Assembly: GCA_977016875.1 (NCBI GenBank)
Contig: CDRNST010000293.1
Location: forward strand, 1,426,001-1,490,000
DNA length: 64,000 nucleotides
DNA from: Pavona decussata
Lineage: Eukaryota
Direction of reading: 5' to 3'
Shown in pieces: positions 39,601-53,100 of this stretch. Made by a program: the position numbers and the translations under genes. Under the pieces are notes generated by a model. The model made no database searches and was not told where the DNA came from. It saw only the letters and a list, made by a program, of their open reading frames with translations. Each line of letters opens with the position of its first letter. The stretch's first letter is position 1.

Positions 39601-41128
39601 TACAATTTATATTCAAGTGAATTAAATAATAAGTCCGTCGCAATTGGCTATTTGATAACTGGTTTTATGGCGACGTCATGCTTTTTATAACAAAAGTCAA
39701 TTTCACAATGGCGTCATTAACTGAAATTATCAGAATCCTTCAATTTGTTGTTTTCTCTTGGATATAAGGGTTATTGCTGTCTAAACCTCACTAGCTGGGA
39801 TTGCAAAAAATTTAATAAGAAAGGAAAAAAGAAGAGGATCCGGTTAGTTGTAATGAAATAACGTCATCGTCAAAATCGCCTATTAATTTTCACAAGTTAG
39901 TTCAGCGCTGCCATTACGTATAGCATTAACAAGTCAGAACTTGCTCAAGCTACTTTAGTGTTTTTGTTTTTTTTTTGAACTCCGAGATCAGTAAACTTTG
40001 CGCAATTGAAACAGTGTCGCTCGAAAGAAAACAAAGAACTTCCTTTGTCAATGTTATGTTTTCCCCAACTGTATTATTTTCTAATCGAAATAAGCCGGTC
40101 TCCTAAGAACTTTTCTAAGAGCAAAAGTTGTGTATCTTCCCACGGGCAGACTGCACGCAATCTCTTTTGGCTCATCAGTTCTGTAACGCGCGATGGGCTT
40201 AGCGTTTACTTTACTAATTTGCACAATTTTACCGTCACTTTGCGCTACCGATCGATCTGACGAAAAAAGTACGAATGCTCGCAGGGTAGCCAGGGAAGGA
40301 GCGTTTCTGAAATTAATAGAATATTTCTTATTTCTTAAATAAACTTAGTGTGTTGAGAATTGCCTTGGACGTTTTTTAAGTTGCAATAAAATAGATTTCA
40401 TATATAACCGGGAAAGCAGAGCTGTTGATTAAATTTGTTTGCTAATAGTCTGTAGTCAAGTTTACTTTTCGTGTGACATGAAAAGGCAGACGTGTTAACC
40501 TTTTTAGCGAAAGGTTATGTTGAATGGGCGCCAAATCGTTGCGGAAATTGGTGTTCTTACACTGAACTGCGCTTAATTATTGCCTCTCAGTGGTTCGCTG
40601 AAAGAAATGCTGTCTACCGAAACAGGCCAAGTTGTCTGGAAATGTGAAGTAAGGTATCCTTACCCTAAGAACACGATCTGATTAGCTAGGGACGGGATGG
40701 GGAGAAGTGGGGGGGGGGGTTGGGTCAATTTGGAAATCTCGCTTTCATATGCTCCTACGGTTTGTTGAGATCCCTACCATCTGTTTCAGGTTCTCGCCTC
40801 AATTCCGGTTTAAGTGTCAGCACATACTTAATTGAAGCTGTTCATAATATTTTGCTTTTTGTCGTACCTGGACCCAGTTTCTTTGTTCAACAGACTGTAT
40901 TTTAATCCTTATTTCAAATTTTAAGGACTTACACGTGTTATGAGTAATTGATGTCTAAGCCGAAATAACTTCTTTCCCTGTATCCTGGAAGTTCACATTA
41001 GTGATCCGTTATAGAAAAAAAATCACCGGGTAATGCTTTAAAGTCACTTGAAGTACAGACCTCAAACAAATCCATATGACACAAATCCATTAAATTCCCA
41101 CACAGATAAATGTTACAGCTTTGGCAGT

Positions 41129-41346
41129 TGTGCAAGATTCTAACTTTCTAAAATTCTAACAACAGGAATGTTAATACGGAATATGTGATTAAACATGTCT
41201 AAAACCGTCCAGAGGCATATTCTTACCCTCTTTCTCCTGTGCAAGATTCTAACTTTCTAAAATTCTAACAACAGGAATGTTAATACGGAATATGTGATTA
41301 AACATGTCTAAAACCGTCCAGAGGCATATTCTTACCCTCTTTCTCC
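41129..41346. repeat. Exact 109-bp tandem duplication
   Basis: TGTGCAAGATTCTAAC...CCCTCTTTCTCC starts at 41129 and again at 41238; single copy in unit 1. Confidence 0.88.
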
Positions 41347-42349
41347 TCCCTTTTGTCTTTTCTTTTTCTTAGGCCCCTGATCAATACAGTCAACTCTCTT
41401 TATTGCAGACACTCTCGGGATCGTGAGTTAGTGTCCTTAATAGTGAGAGACCAAAATAGCGGAATTTATTTCAGTCAAACAGCTGTAGTTTATTTTTGCC
41501 TGGGATTTAGCTGCTGTCCGTAATAGCGAGGTGTGCGTAATACGGAGGTGCCCGCAAGGCAAGAGTTGACTGTAGCGAGAGGCCGTAACAGCGGGAATTT
41601 ATTTCAGTCAAACGTCTGTAGTTTATTTTTGCCAGGGATTTAGCTGGTGTCCGTATTAACGGGGTGTGCGTAATGGCGAGGTGTCGACAAGGCGAGAGTT
41701 GACTGTACTTTTCTTCTCTTTTTTCCTGTTCTCTTGGCTCTTCTCTGTGCCAGGTGAACAGGCGCCTGATCCTGTTTCCTACGTCCGATTTCTGCCGCGC
41801 GATTGTGCCACATCTTTATGCTTCTGCGCTTGCGTATGTCATCTTATGCTTATGCTTATCGCACGTGTAAAACGTCCTTGTGCTTATGCTTGTGCTTACG
41901 CTAATGCTTGCGTCGTACTTGTAAACCAGGCTTAATATTGTGTATACTGCAAATTATGCAGTTTTACAGATGGCCTGAAAATATGGTCAACACTTTCAGT
42001 TTCCATGACAGGAGCAGAACCTTTAAAATTTGCTTTGTGCTCTCCATCTACGGTATTTCTCACTGTTCTTGTCTAAATGTTCATCTAGCTCACACTGCTT
42101 ACATGCCTGACTAAGGGCATCTACATCAAGCAGTTACACAGCCAGTCCTTGATGAAAATCCTCGTTTCTGCCATGTCCCATCGCAAGAAACAGCACAGTT
42201 CACAGGTCCAGATCTATTAGAGTCATTTAGCCTCTCCGGTGTTCTAACTTCCTCAGCTGCTATACGCATACTTTCTTTTGCAATGGACCGCAAGCAAGTG
42301 GTGATCACGCTTGAAATTTTTGCATTATTTTTTGCAGCAGGAGGTGGAG

Positions 42350-43190
42350 GCATCAGTCAATCCAGCGCACCGAAAAAGATCGCGACTGGTACATTTACCC
42401 ATAATTCTTAGCGTACGAAAACTTAATTAAAAGGTTCATAAAAACGCACAAAAAAGTTCTAAAAATTTCAAACCTAGTATACAAAATATTGTTAGTACAG
42501 GGAGGAATCTCGCAAAAAAATATATGGCAATTTCAGTGTGCCTACTGGTTGTGTTAGGTTCGCAAAGTATTGTGGTAAAATGTAAAGACGCCATCTATAT
42601 CCGTATGGTGGATTGAAATCCCGGCTCTCCGAGCCCCGGGATATAGCGGGGATTTAACGCTCATTTAAAAACGAGATGGCCCCGTGGGGCGGGAGAATTA
42701 ACAACATGTGTGTTTCACCGGGACCATCAAGCAGGGCTTCAACAGCGCGCGTCACTAGCAGCTTGGGCAACAGCAACGGTTTTGTGTCGTTATGAGAGAA
42801 GACTGGATACACAGGACGAGCGACACTTAGACAAATCGAATCACAGAGGGAATAAGTGATCTCGTTATATGTGCTGAATCACTTGTCACGGTTCGAACTA
42901 AATCAAAATCTACAATGTGCTGACAATTTAATAATTTTAATGAAAAACCTTATAATACCACGCTAGACGTTACGTCCATCACAATGTCGATTTTTACCAA
43001 CAAACCTAAACTGATTTTTGTTTTATTGGGTACTGAAATACGGTACTGATACCCCGCTATGCGTGCTTTTAACAGTCGACTTAACCCCGGGGATGGGGAA
43101 ATGAGCTGTGTTTTAACACCGGGCCAATGTTAAATTCCCCGCTATTTCCCGGGGGTCGGGGGGCCGGGGTTTCAATTGACAGATGCATAA
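42350..43190. mobile_element. TIR element (GCATCAGTCAAT...ATTGACAGATGCATAA) interrupting the transposase relic
   Basis: Inverted termini; the left one appears clipped. Confidence 0.55.
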
Positions 43191-46100
43191 ACAATGCGTC
43201 TGTTCACCACCAAGCTCTTTCCTTGTTGCTTGGAGATGTAAAATGAAAGTTTCCAGCCACAGTTCTCACACAATAAGTGCAAACTTGAGGCGTATCCCTT
43301 TCTATTTCTATCAATAAACAATAGATTCAACTCACCGTATTCATGACACGTGAACTGCGAGAGTACATCACACAGAACTTCCATGTCGAAATGCCTGAAC
43401 CCTATAATCGATGGATCAGTGTTATCAGTAGATTATTTTTTCTTTCTCTTCATTTTCCTTTGTTTTATCGTCAGCTTGAGTATTTATAAACGAGCTGACT
43501 TCATCTTCAAGCGAAGCAGAACTGTTTCCTCCATCTACACAGCCTTCGTGAATGTAATTCCTGCAATTTGTGAACTATTCCCGCAAAAATTTTCCCTTCT
43601 TTCGTCTTTGAGAAGCAAATCTAGTTTTTCGCATTATGACAGCAGGGATTCAAAGACCAAAATGGCGGCGACGTGCTCAAATAACACCAAAACGAGGTAA
43701 AAAGCTAAGACTAGGAGATTCAGGACAAAATTCGGATATTTTGCCGGGTTCCCGACCCGAAAAGTGACCAAACAACGCCATAAACAAACAAACCTGTTTT
43801 CATTGCAACGAAATGACATAACCTTCTGTTAGCTAAGATATTGCTTTTCAAGACAAGATATTGGGACAAAAACCCCTCTAGAAATGAAAACAAGGCATGA
43901 AAGATTTCAAGTTCAGTGGAAACATTTTTCGACTGACACTCGAAATTTTCGCATTTTTTTAAGGTACATACCAGCTGTGTAAGTACCGTCTCTGTTGATA
44001 CGGGGAAGGAGCTTGATTTTGAGGCCCTCAGCCAGGCATGTAAGCACTGTGAGCTAAACGAACATTGAGACAAGGACAGTGAGGAATACCGGAGATGGAG
44101 AGCAGACCACAACACACGCAAAGCAAAATTTAAAGGTTCTGCTCCTGCCATGGAAACAGAACGTGTTGTACCCATCTGTTGGATCGTTCTTATTGAATGG
44201 GTGGAAAATCGTTGCGGGTACAGTATGAATTCATGTTGTTGCATTGTCAGCATAATTTGTGGATAGTGATAAATTTTTGCCAACTAGGAAAGAAACAGAA
44301 AACATCAGTCCGAAAATGGCAATATCGTCCTTGCCGCCTAGCTGGGATAGGAAAAGCATGGAGTAGGGAGGGTGACGTTGGAGTGGCGTGGGGGAGTTTC
44401 CACTTTGTCAGGTAGAAAAGTTAGCAGAGTAAATAATTGGAAAATAAGACAACCAGCATATCTTCTACAGAGCGTCCTTAATTTCCATACATTCTTCACT
44501 CGAACAAGAGAGGGAAGAGGGAAGGGTTGGTGGAGAGCTCAAGGAAGAGAGGTGAGGGGGTGAGGTGAGGAGTCCGTCGAAATGTCAAACTACAGAGGGA
44601 GGACGGGGTGAGGCGAGAAGTCCGTCCAAATGTCAAACTACAGAGGGGGAGGGGGTGAGGCGAGAACTCTGTTGAAATGTCAAACTACAGGGGTGGAGTA
44701 GTTTAACGGCTTTCCCAGTGGTGATAGAAGTAAAATAACGATAGGATAGTCAGCCCATGACTCAGTACTAGTACATTAGTGTTGTGGATCACTTCACTGA
44801 ATTTCATTTTGGACGACAATTACGCATAAGCTTAGAAACATTGTAGAGGTAACTCTTATCTTTATTTTATACCTTCACACGTTTACAATGTCGCGTTTAA
44901 TAATATTTCTGAAATTATAAAATACCCAACACCAAATGAAGATCATCAATGATCAGTTTTGATTATGATAATTATACCGAAAACAAGACTTAATTATCCC
45001 GTTGCTTTTCTTGGGCTGACAGAAAAATCAGCTAAATTTTCAACTACTTCAATTAAAACCTTACTCAAAAATTAAATTCAGTTCGAAAACTGTTCCCAGC
45101 GATTACCTTATACAACAGTAAAGTCACTACATGATTACAGGTTCAAAATTTTTAAAATTGGTACACCCAACTGTAATTGAAGTCTGATTTCTTTCAAGTA
45201 AAACTCGTTAAACTCTGATACATTGAAGAATTGTTTAACATTATTTAATTAAGTTCTTTTCAGTAGGGAGAATCTGCACCCAATCAATTTTTTTAATTTT
45301 CCGGCTCTACTAGTTAGCTAGTCGTAAAATTATTTAAAGATCATTTTCCGAGAACAGTTTTTTTACGCAACAGAATTGTGCTGATGCCATGAAAGACAAC
45401 AATCAAATTAACGAAATCGAATATTGCATTGCGATCATAAAAGATATAATAGTGTTGGTAATGGTTATAAGATAAAGTTCTCTCACCTATAAATTAATGT
45501 CTAATCTTATCGTCGACATTCAAGTGGTTCATGATCCCTTTAAATGCTGACTTTGTCCTTAAGAATCTACTCCATAATACCTTAAAATCCCTTATCTCCT
45601 TAACTACTAAAGGCAATTACTTCTTTTCAAGAGAGGATCACTTAAAGTCCTTTACGATTTGATCCATATATCTTAAAACAAATGGTTCCTAGATGGAAGT
45701 CAATCAACGACTTCAAACCATAAAAAAAATACTATGATTCCCCTCCATTGCATCATGGTATTGTTTTAAAGTTTTTAGGAGTGTTCACACTAAATTACCA
45801 ATATTCGCCAGTGAGAGAAAGCTTTTTATTGACCGTGAACCGATCATCAGTAATATTTCTGTGACTACCAGACCATATAAACGGGATTTCTGGCGTCAGC
45901 CAGACTCCTGCGGGAAGTCGCGGAGTCTGAATTCAACTTAAAAATAACACCTAGAGTGTAAATTACATGGATATATGACTATTTTTACGCTTGAATTTGA
46001 GTAACAGTAACATTTAGGCAAACCCATTGTAGTGTTCCTTAATGTAATCTATGTCATTGCAACTCAACGGTCAAAGTGAAGTTATCTGTTAGGAACATGT

Positions 46101-47120
46101 AATCTGCAATGTCGATGGAATCGCTTTTCACTTAGTGTGAAGAGATAATCGATTGTTGGAGATCGACTGCAATAATTAACATTGTCAGATTACACAAATT
46201 ACGTTAGTCAAATGCAAATGGCGTTTTAGCCGAAGGAATGCCCTTGAAAAAGGCCCTAGTTGTTTGGGTGAAGAACAGCTGTTTAACTCTCAGCTGGAAA
46301 GCTACTCTTGCATTTTAGCCTTACTTTTGTGCGAAGCTGTAGATAGATGGTGGAAACATTACTTGCCGTAATAAATTAACTCCATCGAGCGCGTGAGAAA
46401 GTCAGGCGCAGTGTAATAGCTATTGCTTCAAGTTCATTGTAAGACCAAACACAAGTCTGAACAAAGTTTGAAATACTTATCTAACACAGCATTTGTCGCT
46501 CCGTGCAATTCTAGAGTTTCTTCGTCGTCCCGTAATACCTGTTACGTGTTACCCTATCGCCTTACTGAGAACAGTACTTTGAATATATCTGTCCCCTCTT
46601 GTTTTCAAGTGCATCCCTATCTTCAGTTACAGATTCCTTGATTATCAGCATTTTTCTTAAACCAGGTAAGGAGCTAACTCAGGACTGGTCACACTACTGC
46701 ATGATAAAAGTCCTTTTTATAATCCCTAGGGGGAGGGGAGGCTACTAATCAAGGATAGATAACGCGAGATTGACAGAATTTCACAACCACCGCCCCCCCT
46801 CCCTCCAATAAAACAAAAATCAATTAAAAGTTAAGACAAAAAACTAAAATAACACAGCTAATGTCTTATCCAACTCCTTTTTTAAAATATTTTTATGTGC
46901 ACTAAAGGTCAGTACTACACAGGACAGGAATAGTTACTGCCATGAAATTATAAATGAATAAAACGTTCTTGTAATGACATATCATTCTGCCATTTCAGTT
47001 CTAGGAAAATGATTTTTGTGTCTCAGCTTACGTTCTTTCATTATAGAAACATATAATTCATATTTGTGATATTTAAAGACTGTAAACTGGGGTATAAGCC
47101 CCAACCCCGGTTTGTATTTT

Positions 47121-50100
47121 TTAAGTTGTTTCGTAGAAAGTTTCTACTTCATCCGGTTGGAAGTGATAGTTACTTCCTCCCGCCAAGAATGTTTGTGCAA
47201 AGGTGCTCTGATAGCTGTACCCACTTGGTGCGGCGTAGGTGTAACCAAGGTTTGTGTGTGAATTTGTATTTGATGAAGCGTGGTCATATATACTAAGGTC
47301 CCATCCAGCCCCGAAAATAGGTCCATAAGAGGAGCAACTGTATGTGGAATAAGCCCTGTGAGAACTATATTGTCCTGTTTGAGTCAGTTTCACCGGCGCC
47401 CATCCTGGCTTGTTTACCAACGAAAACAAGAAAGCTTTCGAAGCATATCGATAACCACAACTGGAAACTAACAAGAAAATAAACAAATTAGAAAACAAAC
47501 AAACTGACACATTCTTCTGATGATTAACGCATGGGATAAAGGTAAAGTCGCACTTCAGGTGTAACTGGCCCACACAGCGGGTCGGAGATTAACCTGACCA
47601 CCTTAGTATGAAACAACTAGGAGTACTACTTCAACCCACCTACATCCCCTCCCCCCTGAGTTGTAGTGCGTCCATCACAGGACTAACCTTGACAGTCTTT
47701 TGTCAGTACTTAGCAATACAGTAAGGAAGATAATGAGACAATGCGGAGTTAAAGCTACTCTCTGACAAAACTACGCGACAATATAGAGATCAGCTTAACC
47801 TCCAACCACTGACCCTTCGATCAACCGATTAAAAAATCCAACCTGCTTGCCATTTCCAGTTGTCACAAAATATCACCCAGTATAACAGTTAACGAAAAAG
47901 CTTGCAAACGCAAACGCACGTCATTGCTCACAACTGGTGATTTATTTCGGGATTGATTGAAGGGTAACAACAAGGTGGTCACTAATCGTTGGAGCACTGA
48001 CATATTGTTTCGACTTTGCATTTATTTCCCTAGAACAAAAATACAAAACCCGTAGCGCGTTTGCAAAAGTGAACCCTTTGAGAATTGTAAACGTTGGTGG
48101 AGGGGGAGGGGAGAATTAGAACAATGCAACCATCTGAAGACCTTTGTTCAAGATTGTAAATACTCCTTTGGTTTAATGAACTTTACAGTTTAATGAAAAA
48201 ATCGTGAAGTTTAGTTATCACTAGAGAAGCAAAAAAGAGTTAAGTTCTTGCCATAAACGGCAAAAAATTGTCTTTTAGAAATTTAACACATATTCATCGG
48301 ATTTACGAGAAAAAGTAGTAGCGATGGTTGTTCTAATATGAGAACCAAACAATGAAATACAGAAGTTTCTCTTTTTTTAATTCACTTGATCAGCGCGGTT
48401 AAGTAAATGTCCAGTGAGTTTCACTCTAAAATCCTCACACACATAAAGGTTCAATTATTAAAAGACAGTTTAGACGGTGTTTACCAAAACCACGTTCTAA
48501 ACCATTTTCAATTTTGCCAACAGTCGTATCTAAACATTGTCTGCTGCTGACACTAACAAGAAGGCTTGCCAGCCAGACAAGAAAACTATTTATCTACTTA
48601 AATTACCACTTATAAACAGATTTGGAGGAACACTGATTGTCTTAAGCCGCGGCCTAAGTTAGACTCTGTTTTAATTACTGGCCCTAAATATTTAAAGCAA
48701 GATTGCGCCATAAAAAATCAATGGAAACTACTAAGTGGTCTTGAGAAGGATCCACTTGTAAGCTACATAAATGAAAAGCGTCAAAATAACAAGAGGGTGA
48801 AGGGATATTGAGAGCAATTGAAAGTTTTATTTAGCTGAACAACGACAGTAAACGATCTGGCTTATAGAAGATATGGAGAACTGACTTTGTGAAGTGAAAC
48901 CAGTATGCGATGAAATCAGGCAGCGCATCTGATATAAACTTAAACATATATTCGTGTGTTTCATGTGCTTATTATTTCTTTTGGCTGGTTTTCGAATTAA
49001 GGACCGCTCAATTAAGCTTCAAACAGAAAGCCTTAGTATTCGAACTAAGGGACCGACTATTTAAACGAAGTTAAAAACGTGCTTGACAAAGCCGTAGTCT
49101 AAATACCACCGCTTCTCCCAAGATTCCGGTTATTTAAACGAGGTTTAGTCGTGGATTTAGATAAAGCTTACCCGTGGTTTTTGGAGTAGTAGTCAAAGCC
49201 TGATTTTATGTTTACTTTACGACGCAACCCGATAATTAGCTTTGAGATATTCTAATCCAAAAATAGGGTTAACTGGCAGTTAAGGCTTAAGCCGGCGACA
49301 CACTTGGCCATTTTATACGCCGATCGCCGCAATCGGCGAAAATCGCCAGGTGTGCCAGGTGCAGTGATTGCGATTTTCGCCGATCGGCGTATAAAATCTC
49401 CGATATCTGGCATGTCAGATATTCGCCGGTTTTCGCCAAGTGTGCCCTACCCTATCCCGCGATTTTCTAAGATCATTGCTGCGAATCGCCAGTAAAGCCA
49501 ACCCATCAGGTTGGGCGATTTTATCACATGACTTTTCAAAACTGCCAAATCACTGCAATCGGCGAAAAAATCGCCAGGTGTGTCCGCACTAATCGGTGGC
49601 GTAAATCGCTTGCGATTTTCGCGGGCGATCAAATTCGCCGCGATCAGCGTATAAAATCGTCAGGTTTGTCGCTGGCTTAAAATTGATGTTTTTAAGAGCG
49701 CCTGTCCGTAAAAATCAAACATATCGTGGCAAGGGTGAAATATTCGATTTCTTTCATATTTTAATGTCAGATAGGCTAGGATATAACTTAAATCACTGTA
49801 TAGTTTTTTCGGTAAAATATCCTTTTATTTCAAAGAAATATGCAAATAACGAAAATCCGTTAAACTTGTCATTAGAGGCCCCTAATTATTACACGGGTTT
49901 GAGAGCCTCGCTTGCAAAAACCAATCATTTTACCGCTTTTAAAACACTCAAATCTTTATTTACAATGTTTAAATATCTGTTGGAATGATTTTGGGAAATA
50001 TTGCGCCGATCTGTTTATGCGAAATAATTTAATTTCGAAGGCAAACAATTCACTGCAGAAAAAGTACTTCGTGAATAAAATTAATTTTCATCATGTGCGA

Positions 50101-53100
50101 AACCTTCAAATCGATTAAGCTTCTGGTGGTTGGATGTTAGAAGGATGGTCTATAGATTCCTGCAAAAATTTCTTTGGGCAATTGATTAAGAGCAATGCGA
50201 GAGCTCTTCAAAGTCCGTAAAAAATGCAAATATTTGACCCTCAGCGGTAAACTTTGAAGTTGCGGGTCAGACATATATTTTAGGCCGTGTACATGTCTTG
50301 ACCCGTATTAGGTTAGCACGTAGCACATTTCGAAATGTTCTAACCTGGTAATATGCTGTAAAAGACAGGTCCAAAGGCCATTTTAGCGCGATTCTCTGGT
50401 CGCTCGTCGCACAAGTTTGAGCCGGCTGTTTGTACTGAAACGTCCGATGTACACAACGCAAACTGGTCGAACACGAAATACAAATCTTTGATCAACTTTC
50501 GGCGCATTTTATCAAGACTGCGTCTTTTTCGACGGCTAAGTCATTGGTGAAGTATTGCTTGGCTTACAGTAGCTTACAGTGCAAGAAAATCTTTTATCTG
50601 ATCGCTGCTAGAATGACTATGTCGGCGCTTTCAGTCTATCTTGCATTGCATGCAGGCAGCCGTTTGCTCGTGACGCAATACAATGTCATGGACATTTTAG
50701 GGGGGTGGAGGAAGGTCAAAATGGGAAAATGCTTGATTACTGAACAGGTTTACTCAAGGCAGCAACCACAACAATTAAGATAGTGATACCTTTAGTTACG
50801 TTCTTTTTCACTTGCTAAAATCCAGATAATTTATTCATTCGCGAATTCGTTTGCGTGCGCGGGCTGTCTTGTTAGGAGCGGCGGGGGGTGGGGGTGAGAT
50901 TACATTTTACAAAAATATGAAGAGCACTACATCTTTTAGCTATTTCTTTCAATTTTTTTAATACAATAGATTCTAGTATCAAACCAAAAAACCGAAGAGA
51001 AAGGGTTTTTTTTCACGCAGATGACCCTAAATAGCGCATTGTGCTGAGCAATAGCTATGAAAGAACTCACACCTACGAAAACTATTGCCTTTCGTTTGTT
51101 TTCCTGAGCTGAGTTAGTGGAATCCTATCACCAATTTTTTTTCCATTCTTCCGTAAGTCTGGGTGTCTTGTGGCTTCGGGTGGTCATTCACTTGCGTGTT
51201 TCTTCTTTCGGGGTGTTGTTTTTCAAATACTATCAAATAATGTCTAAATTAAACAATACTTAATTTGAAGTTCTTCCTAAATTTAAAAATAAAATCGCTT
51301 AAAAAGTTCAGTCAAATTTATGGCTATAGCTATGGACATTAGGCGTGAGAAAAAAATCGCCAAAAAGTTACTAAGTAAACAAACCTTTGTCGTGCTAGTT
51401 ACTTGGCGCCGCCCGTTTGTTTATTTAGAGGGGGGCACAAGTGAATTTTTTGAAGTCAAGTTTATTACACTGAAAATGGAGGGTTGTTTAAAGCCTTTGT
51501 TGGTGGTACAACACTAAGACTATGCGGCACAAACCACCAAACGTGTGTGGATGCTACCTGAAGGAAATTATGGTGTTACGACGTAATGCGCGTGGGCCAC
51601 AACATTATCCGTCCCAAGAGCACCCCTCCTGTCAGAAGCCCCACCCTACGCTAGCACCACTGCCACCACATAAGCACCGGCTATTATTTATCAACTGAAG
51701 GATCGGAACATTTTTTTTGTGAGAGATAGGGGGAGAGGGGGTGGGGTGCTTACTTGTTTTCAATATTAGATAAATGGAGGAGAGGAAGGCATATCAAATT
51801 TGAGGACGAAACTTTGGTTAAGTCAACAGACCGCCATAACCTGTTACTAGCCCTATCCACCCGTCAAGGGCAGCACACTTACCTACAGGGATCAGAGTTA
51901 TGTCTAGTCGATCAACCTACCACTTACAAGCTGTTATAGCCTTGCGCAAGCTGTTTAGCTGAGGTAGTTTTTTTCAAGTTTGGGTGAACGGTCTAGCATA
52001 AGTAATAAGAATAAGGAAAATAAAGGCCCAAAAACTGTTACATCTAAGAATAGTGCTGGCCTGCAACCAGGGCATATTGTGGCTTACTTAGATAAAGCAA
52101 GCAAGGGCAGACGAAATTCCTTAAATATTAAAATCGGGTTTTTTTTTTAGTTTTCAAAGCTAGAGTATGTAGTAGTACCAGGACTAGTACCGAATGCAGC
52201 CCTCGCCCACTCCCTTAAAATGCCCATGACATGGATACTATGACGAACAGATGCCTGCAATGAGGGGTATTTTTTTGTTTTTGTTTGTTTCTATTGCATT
52301 TAAAGGTGGAAAGAACTAGCTAAGGGATGTGCAGTGATCTTCATCAGTAAATACTGATGCTCTTTGGTAAAATCTTATTCCCCCCGCCCCACAACCCCCC
52401 CCCCCCCCCCTTCTCCACAGCAACGCATCCAACAACCCAGCCCGTGCGCGGCGCGCAAACGAATTCGCCAGTGAATAAATTATCTGGATTTTAGCTAGAG
52501 AAAAAGGAACGTAACTGAAGGTTATCACTATCTTAATTGTTGTTGTTGTTGCTCACTTGAATATGTTCATGTTCAGTTATCAAGCATTTCGCATTTTCAC
52601 CCTACTCCACCCCCCTGAAATGTCCATGACATTGTTTTGAGTGACGAGCAAACGGCTGCCTGCATGCAATGCAAGATAGACTGAAAGCGCCGACATTTTT
52701 TGTCATTCTAGCAGCGATCAGATAAAAGATTTTCTTGCACTGTAAGCTACTGTAAGCCAAGCAATACTTCACCAATGACTTAGCCGTCGAAGAAGACGCA
52801 GTCTTGATGAAGTGCCCCGAAAGTTGGTCAAAGATTTGTATTCCACCAGCTTGCGTGGTGTACGATTTTAAAAGTACAAACGGCCGGCTCAAACTTATGT
52901 GACGAGCGACCAGAGAATCGTGCTTAAATGACCTTTGGACCTGTCTTTTACAGCATATTATCAGGTTAGAACATTTCGAAATGTGCTATGTGCTTATTTT
53001 AACCTAATACGGGTCAAGACATGTACACGGACTAAAATGCATGTCTGACCCGCAACTTCAAAGTTTACCGCTGAGGGTCAAATATTTGCATTTTTACGGA

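Larger units (their letters stand above)
40921..43970 (-). mobile_element. Second copy of the Kolobok/Mutator-like relic, retaining N-terminal/catalytic transposase parts
   Basis: KGYASSLHLLCENCG...VNRRIVYA (43384-43185), PPPP...VSCDGTWQKRGFSS..GCVTA (42353-42126), FKGSAPVMETE (~42000). Confidence 0.72.

Noticed and set aside
50544-52892. Two similar ORFs on opposite strands (VKYCLAYSSLQCKKIFYLIAARMT)
   Set aside because: By-product of the inverted arms; the frames are not conserved beyond the shared stretch.
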